Source: a virus. Taken from it: DNA of 64,000 bases. A model generated the notes under the pieces. That model made no database searches. It worked only from the letters and a program-made list of their open reading frames with translations, and was not told the DNA's origin. The stretch is taken from IMG/VR virus record IMGVR_UViG_3300005683_000019, positions 65,622 to 129,621 of that record, one strand, 5' to 3'. The position numbers and the translations under genes were made by a program. The first letter of the stretch is position 1. Each line of letters starts with the position of its first letter. Positions 16,380-24,792 of this stretch are shown here, one piece after another.

Positions 16380-16416
16380 GCAGGTATCGTCTAACTGGAT
16401 TAGGATACCTGCACCA
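16380..16416 (+). ncRNA. 37-nt tRNA minihelix ending A-CCA
   Basis: GCAGGTATC...GATACCTGC-ACCA with D-loop-like interior. Confidence 0.5.
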
Positions 16417-16666
16417 AATACTCGCCTACTCAGCGAGTCAGGGTGATGCACCGACGCATCAAGGTTCATACATTTGCCCTAAATACCTAATAAAAATGTA
16501 TCCCCAACCTCGGTGGTAAAGGTTATCATTATTGTAGATTGATATAAAATAACTACAACGGGTTGTATATGACGTAACCATATATCCACTACGCTTATAG
16601 TGGTCTATTCTGTGCAACCAGATAGAAAAGGTTAGAGTGACCATAAGCAAGAATTTAGTAATATGT

Positions 16667-16744
16667 GGGGCCATAGTTCAGATTTGGGAGAACGTCTGAT
16701 TTGCGATCAGAAGGTCGTCGGTTCGACCCCGACTGGCTCCACCA
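16667..16744 (+). tRNA. tRNA-Ala(TGC)
   Basis: G3:U70, TCTGA-TTTGCGA-TCAGA, CCA. Confidence 0.95.
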
Positions 16745-16796
16745 TAGAGATTCGAAAATTTAGCCTCCATGATAAATATCCTAAAAAGGAATTATT

Positions 16797-17639
16797 ATGT
16801 GGACTTGTAAATACTGTAATACAACTTTTCATGAGTTTAAAACTTCGCAAAAAGCTAACCATACTAGATGGTGCGATAGAAATCCAAACGCAATTGAAAT
16901 CAGAAAAAATGCTGCTGCGCAGGAAGCGGCAGCTAAAACATTTAATGAGAAGCTCGGCGAATTTAAAGAATATAGTGTAAATTGCTTTAAATGCGATTCT
17001 TCAATAATTGTTAAAGAAAGAACTAAACAACATCCATTAAAAGAATCATATTTCTGCAGTAGAAAATGCGCAAATTCGCACCAAGTATCAGATACAACTA
17101 AGAATAAGATTAAACAAAGTGTTGATAGATTTTTTGAAGCAACTAAAGACGAAAGATTAGCCGCTAATAAAAAATACTCGAAAATTTGTAAAACCTGTAA
17201 TTGCGAGTTTGAATTAACTTATCTATCACGAAAGAGATCTTATTGTTCTGAAAAATGTAAAAAGAATAGAATATTACCATCAAAAACAAACAAAAGAACA
17301 AATGAGTCACTCCAAGAATACAGAAGACTTTGCGCGTTCAAATTCAATCTGGCAGATTATCCGAATGAATTTGATTTTGATTTAATTAGAGAGTATGGTT
17401 GGTACAAACCTAAAAATAAAGGCAATAATTTGAATGGTGTTAGTAGAGATCATTTAATCTCTGTTAGATATGGATTTGATAATAAAATAGATCCAAAGAT
17501 TCTATCACACCCGGCAAATTGTAAATTGATGCAACATAACAATAACGTTTCTAAGTACACAACTTGTGAATTATCCTTAGAACAATTATTAGAAAGAATA
17601 GATCAATGGAACGAAAAATACCCATTGACAAAAGACTAA
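16797..17639 (+). CDS. Zn-finger-rich HNH-like homing endonuclease
   Basis: Several CxxC and YCS/FCSxxC motifs; SRDH...HPANC...HNNNVSK. Confidence 0.75.
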   Translation: MWTCKYCNTTFHEFKTSQKANHTRWCDRNPNAIEIRKNAAAQEAAAKTFNEKLGEFKEYSVNCFKCDSSIIVKERTKQHPLKESYFCSRKCANSHQVSDTTKNKIKQSVDRFFEATKDERLAANKKYSKICKTCNCEFELTYLSRKRSYCSEKCKKNRILPSKTNKRTNESLQEYRRLCAFKFNLADYPNEFDFDLIREYGWYKPKNKGNNLNGVSRDHLISVRYGFDNKIDPKILSHPANCKLMQHNNNVSKYTTCELSLEQLLERIDQWNEKYPLTKD

Positions 17640-17653
17640 ATAACAAGTAGACT
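17625..17653 (+). promoter_or_regulatory. Sigma70 promoter
   Basis: TTGACA-17bp-TAGACT. Confidence 0.7.
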
Positions 17654-17891
17654 GTCAAAAATGACAAGTTCCCTGTCAGCTAACAGGGGCAGTTTGAAGA
17701 ATACTGTAAAAATCTTCAAGTTACTTACGCTTAGGTAAGTCGTGCGCTCATCATGTGAACCTGAGCCGGTAGCCTTCGTGTAAGTCCGTGTCGCGAGCAA
17801 AAAAAGTCACGAACGTAATTGAGCAATAACGGTTGTTTGCTTTAGTTTCAGCCTTAAACTATAAGACTAGCAATCATAGGCAAGAATTCAT

Positions 17892-17966
17892 GGAATCGTA
17901 GCTTAACGGTAAAGCACATGCCTGTCACGCATGAAGACACGGGTTCGATCCCCGCCGATTCCGCCA
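17892..17966 (+). tRNA. tRNA-Asp(GTC)
   Basis: CATGC-CTGTCAC-GCATG, G-CCA. Confidence 0.95.
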
Positions 17967-17988
17967 TTAACATTATCAAATCCATAAA

Positions 17989-18405
17989 ATGAATAAAATG
18001 AATAAAATTACTCTAATGGTTGATTTTGCGGTTGACTCCATTTTCTTCTCATATGAAGACGAAGGAGAGTCGTTCAATTCTGTTAACATGGACTATTCGT
18101 CACTGTCACAGTATCTGAAAAATAATACCGAAGAAGATTTCAACTTGTTGAAAAAGGCGTCGGAAGATTTGATAAAAGCATTCTATCTAGCAGAATGGTT
18201 AGTCGATCTCGCCCATATTTACAATAAGACCGTTGACAATTATTTCAATTATTTACTTGAACAGTTTGCAAAAAAGTTTTACTATATGTTCAATGATGAT
18301 GTAGAACTTTATGTCATCGATAGTAACGAACGCCATTCCCGTCGCCTTGTGTCAAGGACACAATATGAAAATCACACTAAAACCATCCAGTTTAATCTTT
18401 CCTAA
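17989..18405 (+). CDS. Hypothetical protein
   Basis: 138-aa ORF. Confidence 0.6.
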   Translation: MNKMNKITLMVDFAVDSIFFSYEDEGESFNSVNMDYSSLSQYLKNNTEEDFNLLKKASEDLIKAFYLAEWLVDLAHIYNKTVDNYFNYLLEQFAKKFYYMFNDDVELYVIDSNERHSRRLVSRTQYENHTKTIQFNLS

Positions 18406-18679
18406 ACTACGAGGATTTGATTATTTCACATTGGATCTGAAGGAAAATCGGTTGTGTGGGTTTTATGACGATGGATTTGCGAATGGCAATTATTTTCAAA
18501 CATTCGCAATCTCAAATACCACTCGATCACGTTCTATTTGGTCATTTGATAAAAGATATGGTGTCACATTAACTGATGATTATGGCCTTATGTGCTTTAA
18601 GGCGCAGTTGAATAAGCGTACAGTAGCACAAATTTTAGAATTTCTCAATGAAAACAAGACGTTACAAGATTCCGCGTGA
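18365..18679 (+). CDS. Hypothetical protein
   Basis: Start MKITLK with AAGGA upstream. Confidence 0.6.
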   Translation: MKITLKPSSLIFPKLRGFDYFTLDLKENRLCGFYDDGFANGNYFQTFAISNTTRSRSIWSFDKRYGVTLTDDYGLMCFKAQLNKRTVAQILEFLNENKTLQDSA

Positions 18680-18735
18680 TGCACCTTGTACATGTTACTA
18701 TTGTACTGATGATGTAATTGGTTATAGAGAAAAGA

Positions 18736-19029
18736 ATGAATACATTCAATAAATATATTGATGATAGTATGCGGAACAGACTAATAGAAAGTCTACATGC
18801 CATGAAGTTAGAAAAATGGGAAGAAAAGGCTGTTATTGACTTTTTCTATACCGGAGCGTATGATCCTACTCATGTAGACACGATCAAGCGTATTGGTTTT
18901 GCACTCATCAAGAATGAATTTGACAAAGTTTCAAACATTTTCTCAAAAACTATAAATAGCCTTGAGATGATGAATGAAACAAGGAATGTTTCATGTAAAA
19001 CTTACACAAAAAGGTTTGACGCGGGGTAA
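18736..19029 (+). CDS. Hypothetical protein
   Basis: ORF between tRNA blocks. Confidence 0.55.
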   Translation: MNTFNKYIDDSMRNRLIESLHAMKLEKWEEKAVIDFFYTGAYDPTHVDTIKRIGFALIKNEFDKVSNIFSKTINSLEMMNETRNVSCKTYTKRFDAG

Positions 19030-19095
19030 TTTCAAAGGCAGAAGTGCAGTCTCATAAGCTGCTATGTGGATGTTCGAATCATCCCTCCGCTACCA
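19020..19095 (+). tRNA. tRNA-Met(CAT)
   Basis: GCAGT-CTCATAA-GCTGC; C1:U72 mismatch but no triple G-C anticodon stem, so subtype uncertain. Confidence 0.8.
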
Positions 19096-19103
19096 AAATA
19101 AAT

Positions 19104-19178
19104 GCGGGTGTGGTATAGAGGTGGTGCCCCGGTCCTCCAAACCGGAGAACGCGGGATCGTTCCCCGCCACCCGCTCCA
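19104..19178 (+). tRNA. tRNA-Gly(TCC)
   Basis: GCG/CGC-U73 Gly identity, loop CC-TCC-AA, T-loop ATCGTTC. Confidence 0.85.
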
Positions 19179-19185
19179 AGATTAA

Positions 19186-19257
19186 GCGACTGTGGCACAT
19201 TGGTTGTGTGTTTCGTTGCCAACGAAAATTAAGGTGGTTCGATCCCACCCGGTCGCT
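19186..19257 (+). tRNA. tRNA-Gly(GCC)
   Basis: TTTCG-TTGCCAA-CGAAA, U73, followed by CAA. Confidence 0.85.
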
Positions 19258-19270
19258 CAAGATGTACAAT

Positions 19271-19348
19271 GGTAGACGTAGCTCAATTGCGTAGAGCATT
19301 TCCCTGTGAAGGAAACCGTTGCGAGTTCAAGTCTCGTCGTCTACCCCA
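19271..19348 (+). tRNA. tRNA-His(GTG), canonical G-1:C73
   Basis: TTTCC-CTGTGAA-GGAAA. Confidence 0.95.
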
Positions 19349-19359
19349 AAATTAGTTGT

Positions 19360-19447
19360 GCCGCCTTGCCAGAGTGGTTTGAATGGACCTGATTCGTAAT
19401 CAGGCGACGTAAGTCCATCGCAGGTTCGAATCCTGTGGGCGGCTCCA
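19360..19447 (+). tRNA. tRNA-Thr(CGT) with long variable arm
   Basis: CCTGA-TTCGTAA-TCAGG, GAC-GTAA-GTC arm, C2-G71. Confidence 0.85.
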
Positions 19448-19466
19448 ACTTACTTAATTCTGTAAA

Positions 19467-19757
19467 ATGAAAATCATTGTATCAAATCATGCGAAGAAAA
19501 GGTTCATAGAAAGGTTTAGACTTCATTACAATCGTTCATGGTTTATCAACAATAGAGTAGAAGAACTAATCATAAAACTCTTTGATAAGTCCTATAGAAG
19601 TCTTGACTTTGATCAAACCCCATTCTATCGCAATAAATTATCCACAAAGCATGGTAGACCTGTTTGCATCTTCAAAGTAGATGATGTAATATTTGCATGT
19701 ACGATCACAGATAATATTTGTTTTCTATTAACTTGTATGAGGAAAGATTGGTCATGA
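19467..19757 (+). CDS. Hypothetical protein
   Basis: 96-aa ORF, SNHAKKRFIER. Confidence 0.6.
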   Translation: MKIIVSNHAKKRFIERFRLHYNRSWFINNRVEELIIKLFDKSYRSLDFDQTPFYRNKLSTKHGRPVCIFKVDDVIFACTITDNICFLLTCMRKDWS

Positions 19758-19969
19758 TGCTCTTGGAGTACGTAAAATATACCAAACTATTAAAGAGGAT
19801 TCACCGTATTGGGACTGCGGTTCAGACGATGAACGTATCACGGTAGAATTGCGTTTATGCGGTGAATTGATCAGCTCCGATTCTGTAACTATTTGATAAC
19901 ACCATTGACAACCTGAGTCTAACGACATATAGTGACTCCTCCAACGCAATAACATAAAACGGAGGCATC

Positions 19970-20602
19970 ATGTTCGATAAGCTCTTGCTTCGCGCCATTG
20001 TTGTAATGCTTGGCGTAACACAGTGTGGTTTCTTGATTCTTCTTTCCGGTCATAATCTTCATATCGAAAAAAGGATCGAAGGACTGCCCAAGCCGCAAAT
20101 GATCACCGCGAGTGAACTTGAAGAGATTCGTGGTAAGGTTGTAACGGAAACAAAGATTGAGCAGATTGAAAAGGTTAGTTTTATCGATTCTGATCAATTT
20201 GAGTGCTTGGTCAAGAACATTTATTGGGAAGCTCGCAATCAGCCCGTCTCAGGTAAGGAAGGGATCGCAGTTGTGACACTTGAGCGTTCTCGGCGCGAGG
20301 GTTGGCCAGATAATATCTGTGATGTTGTAAAAGAAAAGCGGAAGAATAAAAAGGGTCGTTGGGTTTGTCAATTCTCTTGGATGTGTGACGGTAAGTCTGA
20401 TGAACCGACACTAGAATCAAAAGAAGAACTGGCGACTTGGAAGCGTGCAAACGAAATCGCAGAGCGCGCATTGATGGGACGTGTAAATCCTGTTATTGTA
20501 GGTGCCACGCATTTTCATGCGGATTATGTTAACCCGCCGTGGGCGTCTAAACTCCAACGATTGGCTAAAATTGGCGACCATATCTTTTATAAGGAAATCT
20601 AA
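19970..20602 (+). CDS. Cell wall hydrolase, SleB/Hydrolase_2 family
   Basis: CLVKNIYWEARNQ...CQFSW...GATHFHA...IGDHIFY; N-terminal TM. Confidence 0.9.
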   Translation: MFDKLLLRAIVVMLGVTQCGFLILLSGHNLHIEKRIEGLPKPQMITASELEEIRGKVVTETKIEQIEKVSFIDSDQFECLVKNIYWEARNQPVSGKEGIAVVTLERSRREGWPDNICDVVKEKRKNKKGRWVCQFSWMCDGKSDEPTLESKEELATWKRANEIAERALMGRVNPVIVGATHFHADYVNPPWASKLQRLAKIGDHIFYKEI

Positions 20603-20841
20603 TGAAATTAATTCTGACGAGTAAGAAGGACATTCAACAGGAACTCACTAAAGCAGAAAAGGGCGCATCCTTTTTGAGTATTGATAGTGGTTGCGAAACG
20701 TACCTGATTAAAGACGAAGACCTTTCCAAATTCGTTGAAGGTAAGTTGCGACAAGGTTTCCAGTGTGCTATCTTTAACCCGGTCGAATTACAACGGCCAA
20801 AAACCATTATCGAAACTATTCCATGGAATAATGTATGTTAA
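20602..20841 (+). CDS. Hypothetical protein
   Basis: Coupled ORF. Confidence 0.6.
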   Translation: MKLILTSKKDIQQELTKAEKGASFLSIDSGCETYLIKDEDLSKFVEGKLRQGFQCAIFNPVELQRPKTIIETIPWNNVC

Positions 20842-21179
20842 CTACACGTCAAATCTTTGATAAAGCAAAATCCCATCTTCTAACACAGCGGGCAAAGGCT
20901 GTTAATGAAGATGGTGAATGCGCATATCGCACTAACAACGGTCTACAGTGCGCAGTTGGTTGCCTGATTGAACGTAGTGAATATCGTAAGGAAATGGAAG
21001 GTCTTACGTTTGACGAACTTGACCAAGTTCGTATGGCGTTCAAAAACTTCGACTTGGGCAATCGTGAACATTACGCCCTGTTGGGCCGTTTGCAACACAT
21101 TCACGATCTATATCAAGTAGATGTTTGGGAAGATAAATTAAATGAACTCGAAAATGATTTTTTCGGAAACGCAAACTAA
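20835..21179 (+). CDS. Hypothetical phage protein
   Basis: CAYR...CAVGCLI...LQHIHD motif. Confidence 0.7.
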   Translation: MLTTRQIFDKAKSHLLTQRAKAVNEDGECAYRTNNGLQCAVGCLIERSEYRKEMEGLTFDELDQVRMAFKNFDLGNREHYALLGRLQHIHDLYQVDVWEDKLNELENDFFGNAN

Positions 21180-21208
21180 ACATAAAAATAAAACAGGAAA
21201 TAAAATAT

Positions 21209-21418
21209 ATGAATAACAAGAAGACAATTCTTAAGCGTACCTTTTGGGCATTTTTTAACCATGGTGCGCCTCCGTTTCGCTTCGACCCGAACCAGCGCAA
21301 GCCGTATTATAACGGTGAGCAGGAAACGCTTGGAGCGATTCACAAGGAATTAGCTCGACAGGCTAATAGTCCGTCAGTCTTCATTCTGAACGAACACGGC
21401 GAAGAAGTAATTCTCTAA
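21209..21418 (+). CDS. Hypothetical protein
   Basis: AGGA RBS, 69 aa. Confidence 0.55.
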   Translation: MNNKKTILKRTFWAFFNHGAPPFRFDPNQRKPYYNGEQETLGAIHKELARQANSPSVFILNEHGEEVIL

Positions 21419-21488
21419 AAACGAGGCGGTTGACAAAGCTCCGGTTGAAGTGGTATTATAAAACCACATTCAACCGGAGCTTTCTTCT

Positions 21489-21935
21489 ATGTCTACCTTC
21501 TCTAAAGCCCTCCAGATCGCCACAGAAGCGCATTTTAATACTTATGACAAGGGTGGCCACTCCTACATCTTACACCCGCTCAGAATCGCAATGCGGCTGC
21601 GCACGCATGATGAAGAACTTATGTCCATTGCGGTGATGCATGACACGATTGAAGATAGTGCGGTGACGTTCGAAGATTTGGCCAATTTTGGTTTTAGCGA
21701 ACGGGTTATCAATGCTTTGCGCCTTCTGACTCATCAGAAAGGTCAATCATATGACCAGTATATTGACGCCATGCGCGGTAATATTGATGCGCTTAAAATC
21801 AAGCGCGAAGATCTTCGCGATAACTCTGATATCACTCGTCTGAAAGGAGTTACGGAAAAAGATATTAGACGCATGGAAAAATACCAGCGGTCTTTCATGA
21901 GGGTAGAACAGTTCATCAAGGAACTGGAAAAATGA
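21489..21935 (+). CDS. HD-domain hydrolase, SpoT/Mesh1-like
   Basis: ATEAH...DKGG..YILHP...AVMHDTIED. Confidence 0.85.
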   Translation: MSTFSKALQIATEAHFNTYDKGGHSYILHPLRIAMRLRTHDEELMSIAVMHDTIEDSAVTFEDLANFGFSERVINALRLLTHQKGQSYDQYIDAMRGNIDALKIKREDLRDNSDITRLKGVTEKDIRRMEKYQRSFMRVEQFIKELEK

Positions 21936-22096
21936 AATCAAAAACAAGATTCATGGTAGTGCTTGACTGTCACCTTAAGAACGATGATGATTCAGCCTGG
22001 TTTGAGTCATTAGAAGCCTCAGGGTGGACTATGATTGAAATCACTGATATGGGGTATTTGTTCAAGTCAGATATATAAAATAATCAGGAGAATCAT

Positions 22097-22291
22097 ATGA
22101 ACGAACAACGCGCAGACATTTTATCATTATTTAATATTGATCGTCACGAAATCTTCGCGGCGGCTAATTCACGAATTATGTTAGTAGATAATAAATATGC
22201 GCCTTGCGGCGAAGTGTATTTTAAAAATAATCGCTTTGGCGTTCGTTTTGGCGACTATCATCATTCCTCTTACTATAAAGTGCTATCATGA
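22097..22291 (+). CDS. Hypothetical protein
   Basis: AGGAG RBS. Confidence 0.6.
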   Translation: MNEQRADILSLFNIDRHEIFAAANSRIMLVDNKYAPCGEVYFKNNRFGVRFGDYHHSSYYKVLS

Positions 22292-22404
22292 GAAACCCTG
22301 TCACTAAAAATATGTTGAAACTTAAACGCACGATGAAACATCGTGACCGAAAGAACGACTATACGCGAAAAGAGAAGCATAAGAAAAACAAGAACTTAGA
22401 TTGA
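22288..22404 (+). CDS. 38-aa basic peptide with ArfA-like YxRKxKH motif
   Basis: MRNPVTKNMLKLKRTMKHRDRKNDYTRKEKHKKNKNLD; ATGA-coupled. Confidence 0.6.
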   Translation: MRNPVTKNMLKLKRTMKHRDRKNDYTRKEKHKKNKNLD

Positions 22405-22457
22405 TTACTCTATCTTCTTCTGGCTAAATACACATCCTAACTTTGAGGATATTTAAT

Positions 22458-22556
22458 ATGAAGAAAATGATAGAAACAATTGATACATGGCTCCCGCCAA
22501 TCGTCGCAGTTGCGCTTGGTAGTTTTATTATGATTACAATGTTAAGCGCTATCTAA
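22458..22556 (+). CDS. 32-aa membrane peptide
   Basis: GAGG RBS; one TM helix. Confidence 0.55.
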   Translation: MKKMIETIDTWLPPIVAVALGSFIMITMLSAI

Positions 22557-22567
22557 GATGTAATCAC

Positions 22568-22606
22568 TTGCCCCGCCATCGTAGTTATGATACGATGGCG
22601 GGGCAA
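22568..22606. repeat. 16-bp perfect GC-rich inverted repeat
   Basis: TTGCCCCGCCATCGTA-7nt-TACGATGGCGGGGCAA. Confidence 0.8.
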
Positions 22607-22627
22607 ATCATTTATGGAGTTTGAAAA

Positions 22628-23203
22628 ATGTCAGGCTGGTCATTCCCAGAATTCGTTAATAATTTTAAGCGCAAGCTAAAATTCGATACTTCTAGTGACA
22701 AGAAAAAGGCCGCTACTTTCTTTACACTAAAGACTAGCGCGCAACTGGAACAAGAGAATAATGCGCGCGAAGAACAAGCAAAATTGAGCGAGCGAAATGT
22801 TGAATGGTATATCAATAGATATTTTGGCTATCACATGACCAATACCCGCAAGGCTATTGAAATGGATCAACTGATTCCACAAGCATTCAAAGAATTGTTT
22901 GAAAGGTCGCCCGTAAGATCTGCCGATATCAACCAGAGCCGATGCACATTTGGTATTAAACTCAGCGATACGCTTGAAATTGGGTTACAAGTATGCGCGT
23001 ATCCATATTTCTATCCGGATGAAGAAATTGAACACATGATGATCCCACATGACATCATGTATACGATTGAATATCATTACAGCGATAAGGGCGACATGGA
23101 CTATCATAAGACTGTTGGACCTAAGACTTTCAGCGAATTGATTGAAACGGAAATCCCACCTTGGTTTAAGGAACACTTGAATGCAGAATTCGCACACTCC
23201 TGA
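22628..23203 (+). CDS. Hypothetical protein
   Basis: GGAG RBS, 191 aa. Confidence 0.7.
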   Translation: MSGWSFPEFVNNFKRKLKFDTSSDKKKAATFFTLKTSAQLEQENNAREEQAKLSERNVEWYINRYFGYHMTNTRKAIEMDQLIPQAFKELFERSPVRSADINQSRCTFGIKLSDTLEIGLQVCAYPYFYPDEEIEHMMIPHDIMYTIEYHYSDKGDMDYHKTVGPKTFSELIETEIPPWFKEHLNAEFAHS

Positions 23204-23287
23204 AGAAAAGTTCATCGCCAGTGTAATAAATCTTTATTGGCTTAAAAAGCCAATTCAAGAAATTTTTGTACAACTGCTATAAATAGA

Positions 23288-23500
23288 TTTGTATCTAAAG
23301 ATACAAATCTTCCTAATCAAATAAGTGGAATCTCCACAAGAGGGAAGAAGTTGTAAGTAAAAGCAGTCGGAGACTTCACGGTTGATCCGATAGAGGCATG
23401 TAGTTGGCCGTTGCCAGTGAAATTGTCACTAGACACAAACCAGAAGTTATGTCATTATTGACATTGATTTCAGGAACTATAAAAAGTACCAAAAAGAAAG
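23288..23500 (+). ncRNA. Stand-alone structured RNA sharing a 119-nt core with the tRNA-Phe insert
   Basis: 23363-23481 equals 6297-6415 with 9 substitutions by hand alignment; TATAAATA upstream, terminator downstream. Confidence 0.75.
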
Positions 23501-23526
23501 AAAAGGCGGCCTAGGCCGCCTTTTCT
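23499..23526. terminator. Bidirectional intrinsic terminator
   Basis: Palindrome AGAAAAGGCGGCCTAGGCCGCCTTTTCT at convergent junction. Confidence 0.85.
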
Positions 23527-23545
23527 CATTCAATGAATCCTTCGT

Positions 23546-23818
23546 TTAGCATGGCGCGTCTCCATTTTCTAGAATATTGACACCTGCAATATTCTCATGT
23601 GCCAGAAATTTCTTAAACTCACTTGCGTATGCAGTAATCTGTACTACCCCGATGATCGGAAACACCTTGTAAGAAAATACATCGAAATTATTGAAATAGT
23701 TCTCTGCGAAGATCTTCTTGTCTTCATCAGAAGTTAAATGATTTCGATCTAAGATAATATTAGCTGACACAACATTATCGTCAACTGCCAGTGCTGCTGT
23801 AAGTGTTTCTTTATTCAT
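23546..23818 (-). CDS. Hypothetical protein
   Basis: AAGGA RBS, 90 aa. Confidence 0.65.
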   Translation of the reverse strand: MNKETLTAALAVDDNVVSANIILDRNHLTSDEDKKIFAENYFNNFDVFSYKVFPIIGVVQITAYASEFKKFLAHENIAGVNILENGDAPC

Positions 23819-23829
23819 TAGTTTTCCTT

Positions 23830-24342
23830 TTAAGTTTTATTAACCCAGCCATAATCGAAGATGATTGGCCGTAGTTCCCCATTTTCCATAATAAGCGCGC
23901 AATTATGGCCATAATCTACATCGATATCTCCAATGTTATACTTGTCTTTCAACCGTTCAATAATACTCTTGTGTTTAGGCTTGATAGTGAAAGTTCCTCT
24001 TAAATCATGAAGCGCGTGAACAATCAAGCTTCGACCATCAAAGTATAGCGGCTTAGTAAACCACTTCCTATCCCGTTTGTGGATTTTGTTATACGTGTCA
24101 TACTCACCTTTCGATTGATAAATGGCATTAGGCGTGATATAACCGCACACTGTCGCAAATTTATAGCGACTATCCACCTTTACGATAAAATCCTTTCCAA
24201 AGAATTTCCAACGTGTTCCACATCCATCTGAACCATAATTGTCGGCTCGATACCTAACGCCATTTACAATAATCCTACAACCGCTTAAATGCTTGATCTC
24301 TTTTACATCTGCCCAGGAGATTGATTTAAGAGATACGCTCAT
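23830..24342 (-). CDS. Protein-kinase-like fold protein
   Basis: Gly loop GCGTR, FIVK, GDI..HN, IFDYG. Confidence 0.55.
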   Translation of the reverse strand: MSVSLKSISWADVKEIKHLSGCRIIVNGVRYRADNYGSDGCGTRWKFFGKDFIVKVDSRYKFATVCGYITPNAIYQSKGEYDTYNKIHKRDRKWFTKPLYFDGRSLIVHALHDLRGTFTIKPKHKSIIERLKDKYNIGDIDVDYGHNCALIMENGELRPIIFDYGWVNKT

Positions 24343-24733
24343 ATGCAAAACCTTCCTTCGTGGTATAGAAAACATGTTTGATGCCAGCGGATTCTAGTGC
24401 TGGCATGCATGAAATGCAAGGACGACTGTTGGCGATGTTACCATGCTTGTCTTGTCGATACAGAAAGATTTCGCATCCGGTCAAATCAAAGCGGCCGGAT
24501 TTAATCAATGCGTCCACTTCCGCATGCATACAAGCATTCGGAGCGTAGTAGTTCGACTTGCGGTCGTTGCGGTGCTGAATGGTATGAGATTTAGTTTTAT
24601 TAAATCCACGGGAAACGATGAAGTTTCCGCAGACGATGACACATCCCATCGGCTTTTCATGATTGGATTCTTTAGAAGTCAGCTTGGCTTTTTCATAGTA
24701 GCGAAGCTGGCGAGCAGTAGGTTTAATGTTCAT
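24326..24733 (-). CDS. Zinc-dependent cytidine/adenosine deaminase family protein
   Basis: HAE and PCISC motifs. Confidence 0.85.
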   Translation of the reverse strand: MNIKPTARQLRYYEKAKLTSKESNHEKPMGCVIVCGNFIVSRGFNKTKSHTIQHRNDRKSNYYAPNACMHAEVDALIKSGRFDLTGCEIFLYRQDKHGNIANSRPCISCMPALESAGIKHVFYTTKEGFAYERIS

Positions 24734-24792
24734 GTGATGGATTCTAGATGATACAAAAGAAAAAGGGAAGCAGTTAGCTTCCCTTGTTCATG

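Noticed and set aside
19020-19095. Initiator tRNA-fMet call
   Set aside because: It has a 1:72 mismatch but lacks the three consecutive G-C pairs in the anticodon stem; left as Met of unknown subtype
4589-19299. ORF-track calls overlapping tRNAs (e.g. 5468, 5553, 7529, 12580, 13972, 15034, 15443, 16663, 19064, 19090) and long 5' extensions
   Set aside because: They run through tRNA genes; real starts lie downstream where RBSs exist
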